From assembly GCA_964348895.1 (NCBI GenBank), contig CAYGEH010000001.1:546254-610253 (forward strand): a stretch of DNA of 64,000 nucleotides, read 5' to 3'. The notes beneath the pieces are model-generated. The model was not told the origin of the DNA. It saw only the letters and a program-made list of their open reading frames with translations, and made no database searches. Source of the stretch: an uncultured Gammaproteobacteria bacterium (lineage in GTDB: Bacteria; Patescibacteriota; Microgenomatia; 0-14-0-10-38-17). Below are positions 47,938 through 56,612 of this stretch, piece after piece; position 1 is the stretch's first letter, and each line of letters opens with the position of its first letter. Made by a program: the position numbers and the translations under genes.

Positions 47938-49131
47938 CTATTCAACGAAGGTTAGGGCTAACCCTTTCTTGCCCATTCGACCAGTTCGGCCGATTCGGTG
48001 AATATAATCATCATAAGTAGCTGGGGCATCATAGTTAATCACATGAGTAACATTGTCAATGTCGAGGCCCCGAGAAGCCACATCAGTTGCTGTTAACACT
48101 TGAAGTTGATTATTTTTAAATTGATCTAGGGCCCTCTGTCTTTGACCTTGAGATTTGTTGCCATGAATAGCGGTCGCCTTAAAACCATATTCAACCAAAA
48201 GTCGAGCCAACTTTTCCATCCCCCACTTGGTTCGGCCAAAAACCAAAACTTTGTCAAAACCCGGCTGAGCCAGCAATTTTCTTAAAACATCAATTTTGGC
48301 GCCTCGATTAGTAATTTTGATAATATCTTGATCAACATTACCAAGAGTATCATGGTGTTTACTTGAAACTCGAACTGGATTTTGGGCAAACCCCTGTAAA
48401 ATTTGTTCGGTTTTGTCGTTAACCGTAGCGGAAAAAAATAAGCCTTGTCGCTTTTTGGGCAAAAGAGAAATTAAATATTTAATATCTTTGATAAAGCCCA
48501 TATCGACCATGCGGTCAACTTCGTCAAGAACAATGTTTTGAAAAGAAGTTGGTTCGATTTTTCTACGACCAATCAAATCTTTTAGTCTCCCCGGGGTGCC
48601 AACAATAAAATTGGGGGCAAACCTTAGATTCTTAATTTGCTGGCTAATATTAACTCCGCCAATAATAGCAACAATAGACAAATTCATATTTCGGGCAAGG
48701 CAGTTAAATTCTTGGGCTATTTGTAGGGCCAATTCTCTGGTGGGGACAACAATTAACACTCTTTGATCACGATTCAAATAAGCCTTATTGATAAGACCAG
48801 TTAAAAAAGCGGCGGTTTTGCCAGTGCCAGTATGGGCTACGCCGATAATATCTTTGCCAGCTAAAACTTGAGGAATAACTTGGTGCTGAATTTGGGTTGG
48901 GCTTTGATAGCCATGCTGGGCGATACTGGCCGAGAGCTTGTCAACTAAATTATAATCAGTAAACTTTGCCCCTGAAACAAAAGGTTTTTCTATTACCAAG
49001 TTTTTAGCTTTTCTGACAAATAAGCGCTCATCTAGCTTTTTGCTTTGAGCCAAAAAACGCCTTCTTGGGGGGCCATAAGAACGACGACCGCTGTTTCGGC
49101 GCTGATAGTTTCTTTGTTTAGAATAAGCCAT
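47938..49131 (-). CDS. DEAD-box ATP-dependent RNA helicase
   Basis: Q motif, AHTGTGKT, DEVD, SAT, HRIGRTGR. Confidence 0.85.
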   Translation of the reverse strand: MAYSKQRNYQRRNSGRRSYGPPRRRFLAQSKKLDERLFVRKAKNLVIEKPFVSGAKFTDYNLVDKLSASIAQHGYQSPTQIQHQVIPQVLAGKDIIGVAHTGTGKTAAFLTGLINKAYLNRDQRVLIVVPTRELALQIAQEFNCLARNMNLSIVAIIGGVNISQQIKNLRFAPNFIVGTPGRLKDLIGRRKIEPTSFQNIVLDEVDRMVDMGFIKDIKYLISLLPKKRQGLFFSATVNDKTEQILQGFAQNPVRVSSKHHDTLGNVDQDIIKITNRGAKIDVLRKLLAQPGFDKVLVFGRTKWGMEKLARLLVEYGFKATAIHGNKSQGQRQRALDQFKNNQLQVLTATDVASRGLDIDNVTHVINYDAPATYDDYIHRIGRTGRMGKKGLALTFVE

Positions 49132-49347
49132 GGATAGTGTTTATTTTCAAAAAAAAAGATTATGCCCCAACAGATCTGCTTAAAGAAATGAAGTTGTTTT
49201 TAATGCGAAGATACTAAAAAAAGAGTAGAAGTATCTTTATCTTTTAAAAAACTAAATCAGCCTAAGCAGATGTGCTAAGGCACAATCTACCTTAATTAGA
49301 AGATATTATAATACGAAAACTTAATAAAAGCTAATTTTTGATTAAAA

Positions 49348-49557
49348 TTATTTGCTTTTTGGCGGAAAAAGAGCCTTATTTAGGGCTTCGCGGATATTTT
49401 TACCAGCAAACCAACCTTTTAGGTAAATCAGGGTATGCTTGCTCTGATTATTATCTTGAAGATAGTACTTGTCGATCCGTCCACCCTTTTTTAGAAAGAT
49501 TTCAATGAGTTTTTCTACGGAAAGTTGATTAGTGATAGGGCTATTATAGCACAGCAA
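49348..49557 (-). CDS. Small hypothetical protein (69 aa)
   Basis: Isolated ORF within a 560-nt intergenic region. No motif. Confidence 0.25.
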   Translation of the reverse strand: MLCYNSPITNQLSVEKLIEIFLKKGGRIDKYYLQDNNQSKHTLIYLKGWFAGKNIREALNKALFPPKSK

Positions 49558-49689
49558 GGAGGTTAATTAGTAAGAAAAAGATTTGGAGCTTAGCGATCGA
49601 AAAAAAGCTAATAAGTATCAATTTTAGCCAAAGACTGGTAAAATATTCACTTGTCGCCTTAATTACAACAAAAGGCAGGTTAAAAAAAT

Positions 49690-51513
49690 ATGAAAAAGAT
49701 AAGAAATGTTGCCGTCATTGCTCATGTTGATCATGGTAAAACCACCCTGATTGACGCCCTGTTAAAACAAACCCACACCTTTCGGGAGAATCAAAAAGAA
49801 ATGATTGCTTCTCGAATTTTGGATAGTAACGATCAAGAAAAAGAGCGGGGCATTACCATAACAGCCAAAAACTGTGCCATTAATTTTGCTGGTATTAAAA
49901 TTAACATTATTGACACCCCAGGCCACGCTGATTTTTCCAGCGAAGTGGAGCGAACTTTAAGTATGGCCGATGGTGCCCTGCTGATTGTTGATGCCCAAGA
50001 AGGTCCTATGCCCCAAACCCGATTTGTTCTACGAAAAGCCCTAAGTTTAGGCTTAAAGATTATTGTTGTAATTAATAAAATCGATAAACAATATGCTCGA
50101 ATTCCTTTTGCGGTTGAAAAAACAGAAAATTTATTTTTAGATTTAGCTCAAGAAGACTCTCAGCTTGACTTCCCTGTTCTCTACGCCGTTGGTCGAGAGG
50201 GTAAGGTTTTTGATAACCTAGTTGACGGCTTTTCTGAATCAGCAGACATTAGTCCCCTATTACAAAAAATAGTTGATTTTATTCCTGCTCCTAAAAATAA
50301 AGACGATTTACCCTTCAAAATGCTAGTTTCTTCTTTTGAGCATGATGATTATTTGGGGAGGGTTTTAATTGGTCGAATTCACCAAGGCCAGGTTAATCGG
50401 GGCCAAAAAGTAACCCTAGTTCAAAAAGAAAACAGTCTTTTTGTCATAGAGAAAATTTTTGTTGGTCATGGTCTGGCAAAACAAGAAGTAGAAACAGCCA
50501 CTTCTGGTGACATTGTTTTCTTGGTGGGGGTTGGCGAAGGCAAAATTGGCGACACTGTTGCCGCGATTGGTGAAAAAGAAAGCTTGCCGATGATGGAAAT
50601 TGGTAAACCGACACTACATGTTGCGATTCAGCCTAATAAATCGCCATTTTCTGGTCAAGAAGGTGAGTTTTCTACCGCCAATCAACTAGAGGAAAGACTA
50701 AAAAAAGAAGCAGAAACCAACCTTAGCTTACAGGTTTCAAAAACAAACGACGGTGTTTTTCGAGTAGCCGGAAAAGGAGAGTTGCACCTAACTGTGTTTC
50801 TAGAAGAACTGCGTCGAGATGGTTATGAATTAGAAATAGAAAAACCGGAAGTTATTATTAAAGAGGTTGATGGAGTTGAAATGGAGCCGATTGAGGAAGT
50901 AAATATTATTGTGCCAAACGAATATGTTGGGGTAATTAATCAGGAGTTGGGGCGTCGCTATGGTGTCCTTGTTAATACTATGCCCATTAGCGAGAAAGAA
51001 ACAGAATTTGTTTATCACTTGCCTACCCGAGCCTTAATCGGACTAAGAAGCTTGCTGATTACTCAAACCAAGGGAACCGTTATTTTCAATTCCCAAATGA
51101 TTGACTATCAACCCTTGGGTAAGCCGATAAGAAAATTACGCTCCGGAGCCTTGGTGGCGACTCAATCAGGCAAAGCTCTTTCCTATGGTTTAAATGCCGC
51201 CCAGGGGCGAGGAACAACCTTTATTGGCCCAGGCACTCAAGTTTATCAAGGTATGATTGTGGGTAAAAACAGCAAAGAGGCGGATATTGAGGTTAATGTT
51301 TGTAAGGGAAAAAAGCTTACCAATATGCGTTCTAAAAGCTCTGATGGGATTATTCAATTGGTTCCCCCTGTTCCAGTGACCCTAGAGATGGGGCTAGGCT
51401 TTCTTGAATATGACGAGTTAATGGAGGTTACCCCCAAAAGTGTTCGCTTAAGAAAGAAGGCTGTTTCTCAGGAGGAAAAGCGTCGTTTCCGCCAAAATAA
51501 TCTAGTGAATTAG
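49690..51513 (+). CDS. typA: Translational GTPase TypA/BipA
   Basis: IRNVAVIAHVDHGKTTL G1 and an EF-G-like domain structure. Length 607 aa. Confidence 0.9.
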   Translation: MKKIRNVAVIAHVDHGKTTLIDALLKQTHTFRENQKEMIASRILDSNDQEKERGITITAKNCAINFAGIKINIIDTPGHADFSSEVERTLSMADGALLIVDAQEGPMPQTRFVLRKALSLGLKIIVVINKIDKQYARIPFAVEKTENLFLDLAQEDSQLDFPVLYAVGREGKVFDNLVDGFSESADISPLLQKIVDFIPAPKNKDDLPFKMLVSSFEHDDYLGRVLIGRIHQGQVNRGQKVTLVQKENSLFVIEKIFVGHGLAKQEVETATSGDIVFLVGVGEGKIGDTVAAIGEKESLPMMEIGKPTLHVAIQPNKSPFSGQEGEFSTANQLEERLKKEAETNLSLQVSKTNDGVFRVAGKGELHLTVFLEELRRDGYELEIEKPEVIIKEVDGVEMEPIEEVNIIVPNEYVGVINQELGRRYGVLVNTMPISEKETEFVYHLPTRALIGLRSLLITQTKGTVIFNSQMIDYQPLGKPIRKLRSGALVATQSGKALSYGLNAAQGRGTTFIGPGTQVYQGMIVGKNSKEADIEVNVCKGKKLTNMRSKSSDGIIQLVPPVPVTLEMGLGFLEYDELMEVTPKSVRLRKKAVSQEEKRRFRQNNLVN

Positions 51514-51520
51514 TCTCTTT

Positions 51521-52267
51521 TTACCCCTCCTCTCCCCTGTTTAACTTCCTATACTCACAATATTCACATTCTGGTCCGGCTTCTGGAATTTGGTTAGAGT
51601 CTAAGCATTTCTTGATTGCCTCGATTGTTGGTTCAACCCAAGAATCATCACCGCGATAAGCGATGATTTGCATTTCAAAGTCTAGTCTGGCCTCAAACTT
51701 AGGGCGACTTTTATTAGCGTTGGCATAAACAAAGTAACCAGTGTCGTTAACGGGAAACCCTTCTTTTCTAAACAACCATTGATAAACTTCCATTTGTTTT
51801 TTATAGCCCTGCCTATATTCATCGTCTAGGGAAATTTTATTTGAAGTGCTAGTAGATTTATAATCAACGATCAAAAGTTCTTCTCGTTTATTAAGCCAAA
51901 TATCATCAACAGCACCAAAAATTAGCAGATTAGTGTTTTGGTTTAAGTGCTGTTGGCCAACAAAATTATTTCGCCAAGTTGCCAAACTTGGATGATTAAA
52001 GGGAACAGCGTCAATTTCATATTTTTTCATTAATTCGTGGGCCTGGCTACTTTTTCGCAACAAATCAAATTCATTTTTCAAAAGAGCGTCAACGGCGGAG
52101 TTTAGGGCAAAACCAGGCAGAGAAGGTCGGCCCAATCCTAGTCGTCTATCAAGGTAAAAACAGCGAGGACATTCCAAAAATAAATCAATTTTTGAGCGAC
52201 TAATGGCAAAGGGCTTGCTCTCCCCTGGTTGGTAAAGATTTCCCTGTCTTTGTCGATATTTATTCAT
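51521..52267 (-). CDS. Cas4-like PD-(D/E)xK nuclease with 4-Cys Fe-S motif (standalone, no CRISPR context)
   Basis: N-terminal FLECPRCFYLDR (the Cas4/DUF83 'CPR' motif), VDYK PD-(D/E)xK core, C-terminal CEYCEY. Confidence 0.6.
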   Translation of the reverse strand: MNKYRQRQGNLYQPGESKPFAISRSKIDLFLECPRCFYLDRRLGLGRPSLPGFALNSAVDALLKNEFDLLRKSSQAHELMKKYEIDAVPFNHPSLATWRNNFVGQQHLNQNTNLLIFGAVDDIWLNKREELLIVDYKSTSTSNKISLDDEYRQGYKKQMEVYQWLFRKEGFPVNDTGYFVYANANKSRPKFEARLDFEMQIIAYRGDDSWVEPTIEAIKKCLDSNQIPEAGPECEYCEYRKLNRGEEG

Positions 52268-52629
52268 TAGTTGCTCTTTTTAATTATAACAAAAGAAAGT
52301 ATCCCCCTCTTTAAAGAGAAACCTGTTAGACTGAAAGTACGAAAATATTGCCATAACGCCTTGATTTCTCGGAAAAAAAGCTTGATCGTTAATATTATCT
52401 CTCTTAGGGTGAAATAAATAATGACAAGAAAGGTAAAAACCATCAACAGCCCCAAAAGAATCCAATGGAAAACAGACTCCTCAGACAAAATACCGACCTT
52501 TATGAAGATAATGAAAAGCAACAAAAGAAGCTTAATGCTTATGTGAAGACTCTTTATTTTATTTTTAAGCTTTTTAACTAGACTAGCCCTAAAAATATAA
52601 CTTTTTAATAAAAGCTTATTTATTTCCAT
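52267..52629 (-). CDS. Small membrane protein, unknown function
   Basis: Two to three hydrophobic helices. Immediately upstream of the Cas4-like gene on the same strand. Confidence 0.35.
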   Translation of the reverse strand: MEINKLLLKSYIFRASLVKKLKNKIKSLHISIKLLLLLFIIFIKVGILSEESVFHWILLGLLMVFTFLVIIYFTLREIILTIKLFFREIKALWQYFRTFSLTGFSLKRGILSFVIIKKSN

Positions 52630-52949
52630 TAGAATCTTTTTTGTGCGATTCTGTCCTTTTGTTATTAGCTTTGATGTTAATTTCTCTCTACCCCTCGAAT
52701 AAAAATTTCGGCTCTGACTTGATAACCTGTTTGATCGTTGACGGTGGTGGGGGAAAGAGAAACAGAGCGAACCTCTTGGGGGTGTTCTTTATTGTTTAGC
52801 CAGTCTTTCTTTAGTTCGTCTCTTTTTTTTATTGCTTCGGGAGGAGCTGGTACTATTCCCCTCTCGTTTCTGGTTGGAGCCGGAAAAAACCAGACAAAAG
52901 AAGAAACTTGGTTTTCTTTTGAAAAAAGCCTTTCCATAAGAAATTATTT

Positions 52950-53960
52950 TTATTTTGTTAACTCTTGATTAAAAAACTCTAAATCTTTTTTGACTGCCTC
53001 GTCCCAGGCTCCGACCAGATTGTGATCAGCTCCACGGTGTTTAAAATATTGGTGTTTGATTTGTAATTCTGTTAATTTCGTCACAAACTCATCACTCCAA
53101 GCTACAGGGATTGACTTATCGGCAGTTCCTTGATGGATTTGTAAGGGGGCTATAATTTGGCTTAAATAGTTAGTCAAAGAATAATCGGCCACATTGTAAT
53201 CTTTTTCCAGTCGGCAAATTTGAGCCCTTAGGGCCTTGCCCTCGTCTTCGAAGGTATCGGTGAAATAAAGAATCGAATAGGGAAACGGCTTGGTTACTGG
53301 CGCCCAGAGAGTGGTGGGAATTTCTTGTTGAGAAATAGCCAGGGCCGATAAGGCGATTTGGCCACCATTACTATGAGCCCAGATTCCAACTCTGGTTGGG
53401 TTGGCTTCGGGCAAGGTTTTAATTGAGGCTAGTAAATTCAACACAATAACTGGATTATTAAATCGTTCCCACCAAACATCATTATCTGGATTATCAGAAC
53501 CGCCATAGCCCAAAAAATCAGGAGCTAAAGTAATATAGCCGTTTTCGGCAAAAACAGCTGCGGCTCTTTCGGTTCCCATACCAGTGCGATAGATTTCCTG
53601 ATTAACCCAACCACGAAGCAAAACAATCACTGGCATTTTATTTGATTTCTTGTTTAGGGGAAAATTAATTTGACCAGTTACCTTTTTCCCGTCAGAGGAA
53701 AAAGAAAACAGGCGAGCGATATATTTCTCGTTCTGATCATTTAAAATTTCCCCAATTTCAATTTGGCTGGTTTGGTATTCTCTTTTGCTTAAGGTTTCAA
53801 AAGTAAAGGCCAAGAGAGGCTTAGGGGTTGGAAGAGGAGGAGCAATTGGACCAACAATTCCCTGTTTTGTCAGCTGGTTGTTGGCGAGAAGCCAACCAAA
53901 AAAACCGCCAAAGGCAAATAAGATAATTCCAAACAAAAAAAGAAGCCCCCTGTTCACCAC
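52950..53960 (-). CDS. Alpha/beta-hydrolase (dienelactone hydrolase/S9-like), membrane anchored
   Basis: N-terminal TM helix and nucleophile elbow WAHSNGG. Confidence 0.6.
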   Translation of the reverse strand: MVNRGLLFLFGIILFAFGGFFGWLLANNQLTKQGIVGPIAPPLPTPKPLLAFTFETLSKREYQTSQIEIGEILNDQNEKYIARLFSFSSDGKKVTGQINFPLNKKSNKMPVIVLLRGWVNQEIYRTGMGTERAAAVFAENGYITLAPDFLGYGGSDNPDNDVWWERFNNPVIVLNLLASIKTLPEANPTRVGIWAHSNGGQIALSALAISQQEIPTTLWAPVTKPFPYSILYFTDTFEDEGKALRAQICRLEKDYNVADYSLTNYLSQIIAPLQIHQGTADKSIPVAWSDEFVTKLTELQIKHQYFKHRGADHNLVGAWDEAVKKDLEFFNQELTK

Positions 53961-54119
53961 CCCTTATTATATCTTATAACTATAACCGAGTACTCAAGAC
54001 ACTACCTAGTTAACGACACCCCTCACAAGAGAAACGGGAGATCATCCAATCTGTCGACCATCAGCTATATATTCACGACAGAACAGTTACTTCTTTGCTA
54101 TGGGTTAGTGTTTGAAATA

Positions 54120-54641
54120 TTACCCAAGAAATTTATCTTTAAAAAGCGTAATCGCATCTCTAAACATTGCATTTCCAGCCTCTCCCCATTTTACATATTC
54201 GGTAATTTGATCTGCAGGAATATATTTTCTTGGATTCGTAATTCCAGTATCAGGATCTGGAGTTTGGGGAAGAAGCTCATCTACCAGACAAATATATCGG
54301 AGTTGGTAATACAAATCTCCTTCTTTTTTGTTTGGATTATTTGGATAATCAACCCTTTGTGCCCCCAAAGGAATAATTTTCGAAACAGATATATCTGCCT
54401 CCTCAACCAATTCACGTTTTAAGGTGTCAACATCAGTCTCTTCACCTTCAGGTGTACCACCAGGAATTTTCCACTTGCCTTTTTCTTGAATAAGAAGAAT
54501 CTCTCCAGCTTGGTTGAAAAGTATACCATAAACTTGATAAAACGGCTTAAACAAAGACAAATCCTCAGATTTTATCCAAGTCAATGTAATGTCTTGACCG
54601 TTAGATTTAATTATTGATTGGGGGCTTATTGTTGCGCTCAT
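54120..54641 (-). CDS. NUDIX hydrolase
   Basis: Nudix box GGTPEGEETDVDTLKRELVEEADI. Confidence 0.75.
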   Translation of the reverse strand: MSATISPQSIIKSNGQDITLTWIKSEDLSLFKPFYQVYGILFNQAGEILLIQEKGKWKIPGGTPEGEETDVDTLKRELVEEADISVSKIIPLGAQRVDYPNNPNKKEGDLYYQLRYICLVDELLPQTPDPDTGITNPRKYIPADQITEYVKWGEAGNAMFRDAITLFKDKFLG

Positions 54642-54866
54642 GTAAATCGTATTATACTAAACAATATGATTGCTGAATCACCCAACAAATATCAACTAAG
54701 CCTAGGCTATTTTTTACACAAAGGAACAAAGGATATATATAAAGGTATCAGAATAGATGATGATGTAACGGGCTATATTAAGTACAAAAGTGTTAATTAC
54801 AAAACCGAGAGGCAAAATCAAGATGGGTACTATCTACCATTTCACTACCCATCAGAAAATGACTAA

Positions 54867-55103
54867 TCAATCGTTATCATCAGTTTTTTTCTTAGCCGAT
54901 TGTTCTAAGATTTCTTGAATAATAAAATAAACCTTAGAGACATTGGCCGGAGTTCCGCCTGCGCTATATGGCCCCCTATCGGCCTGGGAGTCTTCGGTTA
55001 GTTGTCGAAGATATTCTTTTAGTTTTTCTTCCGGTTGTTCGTTTAAAAACTTCTGTAAATCAGCCATTTGTGAGGCATCAAGTTTGGGGCTTTCTGGTCT
55101 CAT
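54867..55103 (-). CDS. Small acidic hypothetical protein (78 aa)
   Basis: ORF only; no motif. Confidence 0.3.
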   Translation of the reverse strand: MRPESPKLDASQMADLQKFLNEQPEEKLKEYLRQLTEDSQADRGPYSAGGTPANVSKVYFIIQEILEQSAKKKTDDND

Positions 55104-55249
55104 TTATCTTTTTTCGTTAAGACAGTTTTATGCGTTAATAGCGCTATTCTGGCTTTTCTGACTTGTAAAAAATCAAATAAATTACAACAAAAACTTGTAA
55201 GACCAAAAACATTTACAAAAAAACAGCCCTCGGTTTTTATTAATTTCAC

Positions 55250-55954
55250 CTAAAGAACAGGACAACTCTCCCACAAACCCCTTCTGTTTTCTCTTGCTTC
55301 TCTTTCGGCTTGAACAAACCTCTCTTGATATTTTACATCAGGAGGATGAGTAGAAGAATTGGCATATCCTTCTTTAATCAGAAGTTCATTAACTAAAATA
55401 TCATCAATCCAAACATAGCGTAACAGTCTGCCATGACGATCGGCTTCTGTTATGTCCCGCTCTAGTCTTACCGTTTTACCCTCTACTAATTCTTTATTTT
55501 TGGCACTGGCTTCTCTACCAAAACACTCAACCGCTCGATTGGGATGAACAGTTTCAGGAGTGTTAACACCAATGTATCTGAGCCGATATCCTCCCTCAAT
55601 CTCTATGGTGTCGCCATCAATTACTCTGATCACCCTCACAAATTGATCAGAAAAAGCTGGCGTTGCACTTGTTGTTGCCTCTGTTAGTTTTTGCTGAGTC
55701 TCTGCCCGCTCTGTTTGGAGGTTTTTAAGTTGCTCTTCGGCCTGATGGCGGTTGACTATGCGATAAGGCGATTGGGGAAACATCAGCATAACTAGGGTCG
55801 AAATAGCTGCCACCAAGACGGCAATTGTTTGCTTCTTTCCCAACCTTTTCATTTTCATTTTTTGAGTTTTCAATTTAGGCCAGGCTAGTTTTTTTTGCCC
55901 TTTTATCATAAAGTTAATGCCTATTTCTAAGGGTTCAATGATTGCTGTAAACAA
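55250..55954 (-). CDS. Thermonuclease (staphylococcal-nuclease-like), membrane anchored
   Basis: N-terminal TM helix. SNase core VIRVIDGDTIEI...GVNTPET...RLLRYVW. Confidence 0.75.
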   Translation of the reverse strand: MFTAIIEPLEIGINFMIKGQKKLAWPKLKTQKMKMKRLGKKQTIAVLVAAISTLVMLMFPQSPYRIVNRHQAEEQLKNLQTERAETQQKLTEATTSATPAFSDQFVRVIRVIDGDTIEIEGGYRLRYIGVNTPETVHPNRAVECFGREASAKNKELVEGKTVRLERDITEADRHGRLLRYVWIDDILVNELLIKEGYANSSTHPPDVKYQERFVQAEREARENRRGLWESCPVL

Positions 55955-55972
55955 CCACGTTTGTTTTTTTTG

Positions 55973-56044
55973 TTGGGGAGCTAGGATTCGAACCTAGAGT
56001 AACCAGCTCCAAAGGCTGGCGTGTTACCATTACACCACTCCCCA
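55973..56044 (-). tRNA. tRNA-Gln (anticodon TTG)
   Basis: Reverse complement TGGGGAGTGGTGTAATGGTAACACGCCAGCCTTTGGAGCTGG...CCTAGCTCCCCAA, with a U1-A72 pair. Confidence 0.8.
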
Positions 56045-56098
56045 ATGTTTTAGCTGTTGATTTTTTTCAAGAGGAAGCTTAAGGACAAATTATCCTTG

Positions 56099-56170
56099 AG
56101 CGGCGGACCGGACTTGAACCGGCGACCTTTTCCTTGGCAAGGAAACATTCTACCACTGAACTACCGCCGC
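56099..56170 (-). tRNA. tRNA-Gly (anticodon GCC)
   Basis: Reverse complement GCGGCGGTAGTTCAGTGGTAGAATGTTTCCTTGCCAAGGAAAAGGTCGCCGGTTCAAGTCCGGTCCGCCGCT. Shares acceptor, D and T arms with the Gly-TCC gene at 42037. Confidence 0.85.
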
Positions 56171-56182
56171 AAAAAAAACAAG

Positions 56183-56255
56183 TGCCAGGGCCCGGAGTTG
56201 AGCCGGGATCTCATGTTTTTCAGACACGCGCCGTGACCACCTTGGCTACCCTGGC
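56183..56255 (-). tRNA. tRNA-Phe (anticodon GAA), atypical D-stem and T-loop
   Basis: Reverse complement GCCAGGGTAGCCAAGGTGGTCACGGCGCGTGTCTGAAAAACATGAGATCCCGGCTCAACTCCGGGCCCTGGCA. T-loop CTCAACT replaces the canonical TTCRANT. Confidence 0.6.
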
Positions 56256-56287
56256 GAACAACAATATTTTACCACGCTTTATTCCGG

Positions 56288-56361
56288 TGGATCCGACAGG
56301 ACTTGAACCTGTGGCCTTCCGGATGTAAACCGGGCGCTCTAACCAACTGAGCTACGGATCC
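56288..56361 (-). tRNA. tRNA-Val (anticodon TAC)
   Basis: Reverse complement GGATCCGTAGCTCAGTTGGTTAGAGCGCCCGGTTTACATCCGGAAGGCCACAGGTTCAAGTCCTGTCGGATCCA. Confidence 0.8.
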
Positions 56362-56377
56362 CATAAAACAATTAGTG

Positions 56378-56461
56378 TGCGGACGAGAGGATTTGAACCT
56401 CCACGAGCTAATGCCCACAAGCTCCTCAAGCTTGCTTGTCTGCCAGTTCCAACACGTCCGC
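56378..56461 (-). tRNA. tRNA-Leu (anticodon GAG), long variable arm
   Basis: Reverse complement GCGGACGTGTTGGAACTGGCAGACAAGCAAGCTTGAGGAGCTTG...GGAGGTTCAAATCCTCTCGTCCGCA. Confidence 0.8.
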
Positions 56462-56485
56462 TTAATAATTCATTATAATATAGTG

Positions 56486-56570
56486 TGCCGAAGGAGGGAA
56501 TTGAACCCACACGGACTTAGAGTCCATACGGCCCTGAACCGTACGCGTCTGCCAGTTCCGCCACTTCGGC
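56486..56570 (-). tRNA. tRNA-Leu (anticodon CAG), long variable arm
   Basis: Reverse complement GCCGAAGTGGCGGAACTGGCAGACGCGTACGGTTCAGGGCCGTA...GGGTTCAATTCCCTCCTTCGGCA. Confidence 0.8.
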
Positions 56571-56612
56571 TAAAATGAAATAAAAATATAAAAGAGCTAA
56601 AGAAATTAAGGC

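Noticed and set aside
52677-52968. Two mutually exclusive small ORFs (52677..52937 minus strand, 86 aa; 52738..52968 plus strand, 76 aa)
   Set aside because: Neither has motifs, and they conflict with each other. The minus-strand one is co-directional with its neighbours and may be real, but I could not support it.
54618-54866. 82-aa plus-strand ORF (likely 66 aa from MIAESPNKYQL)
   Set aside because: It could be a genuine small protein with an AT-rich -10 nearby. There is no motif or conservation evidence, and it is convergent with the 78-aa minus-strand ORF.
56134-56578. ORFs 56134..56328 and 56375..56578 on the plus strand
   Set aside because: They lie entirely within the six-tRNA array on the minus strand, so they are not protein coding.
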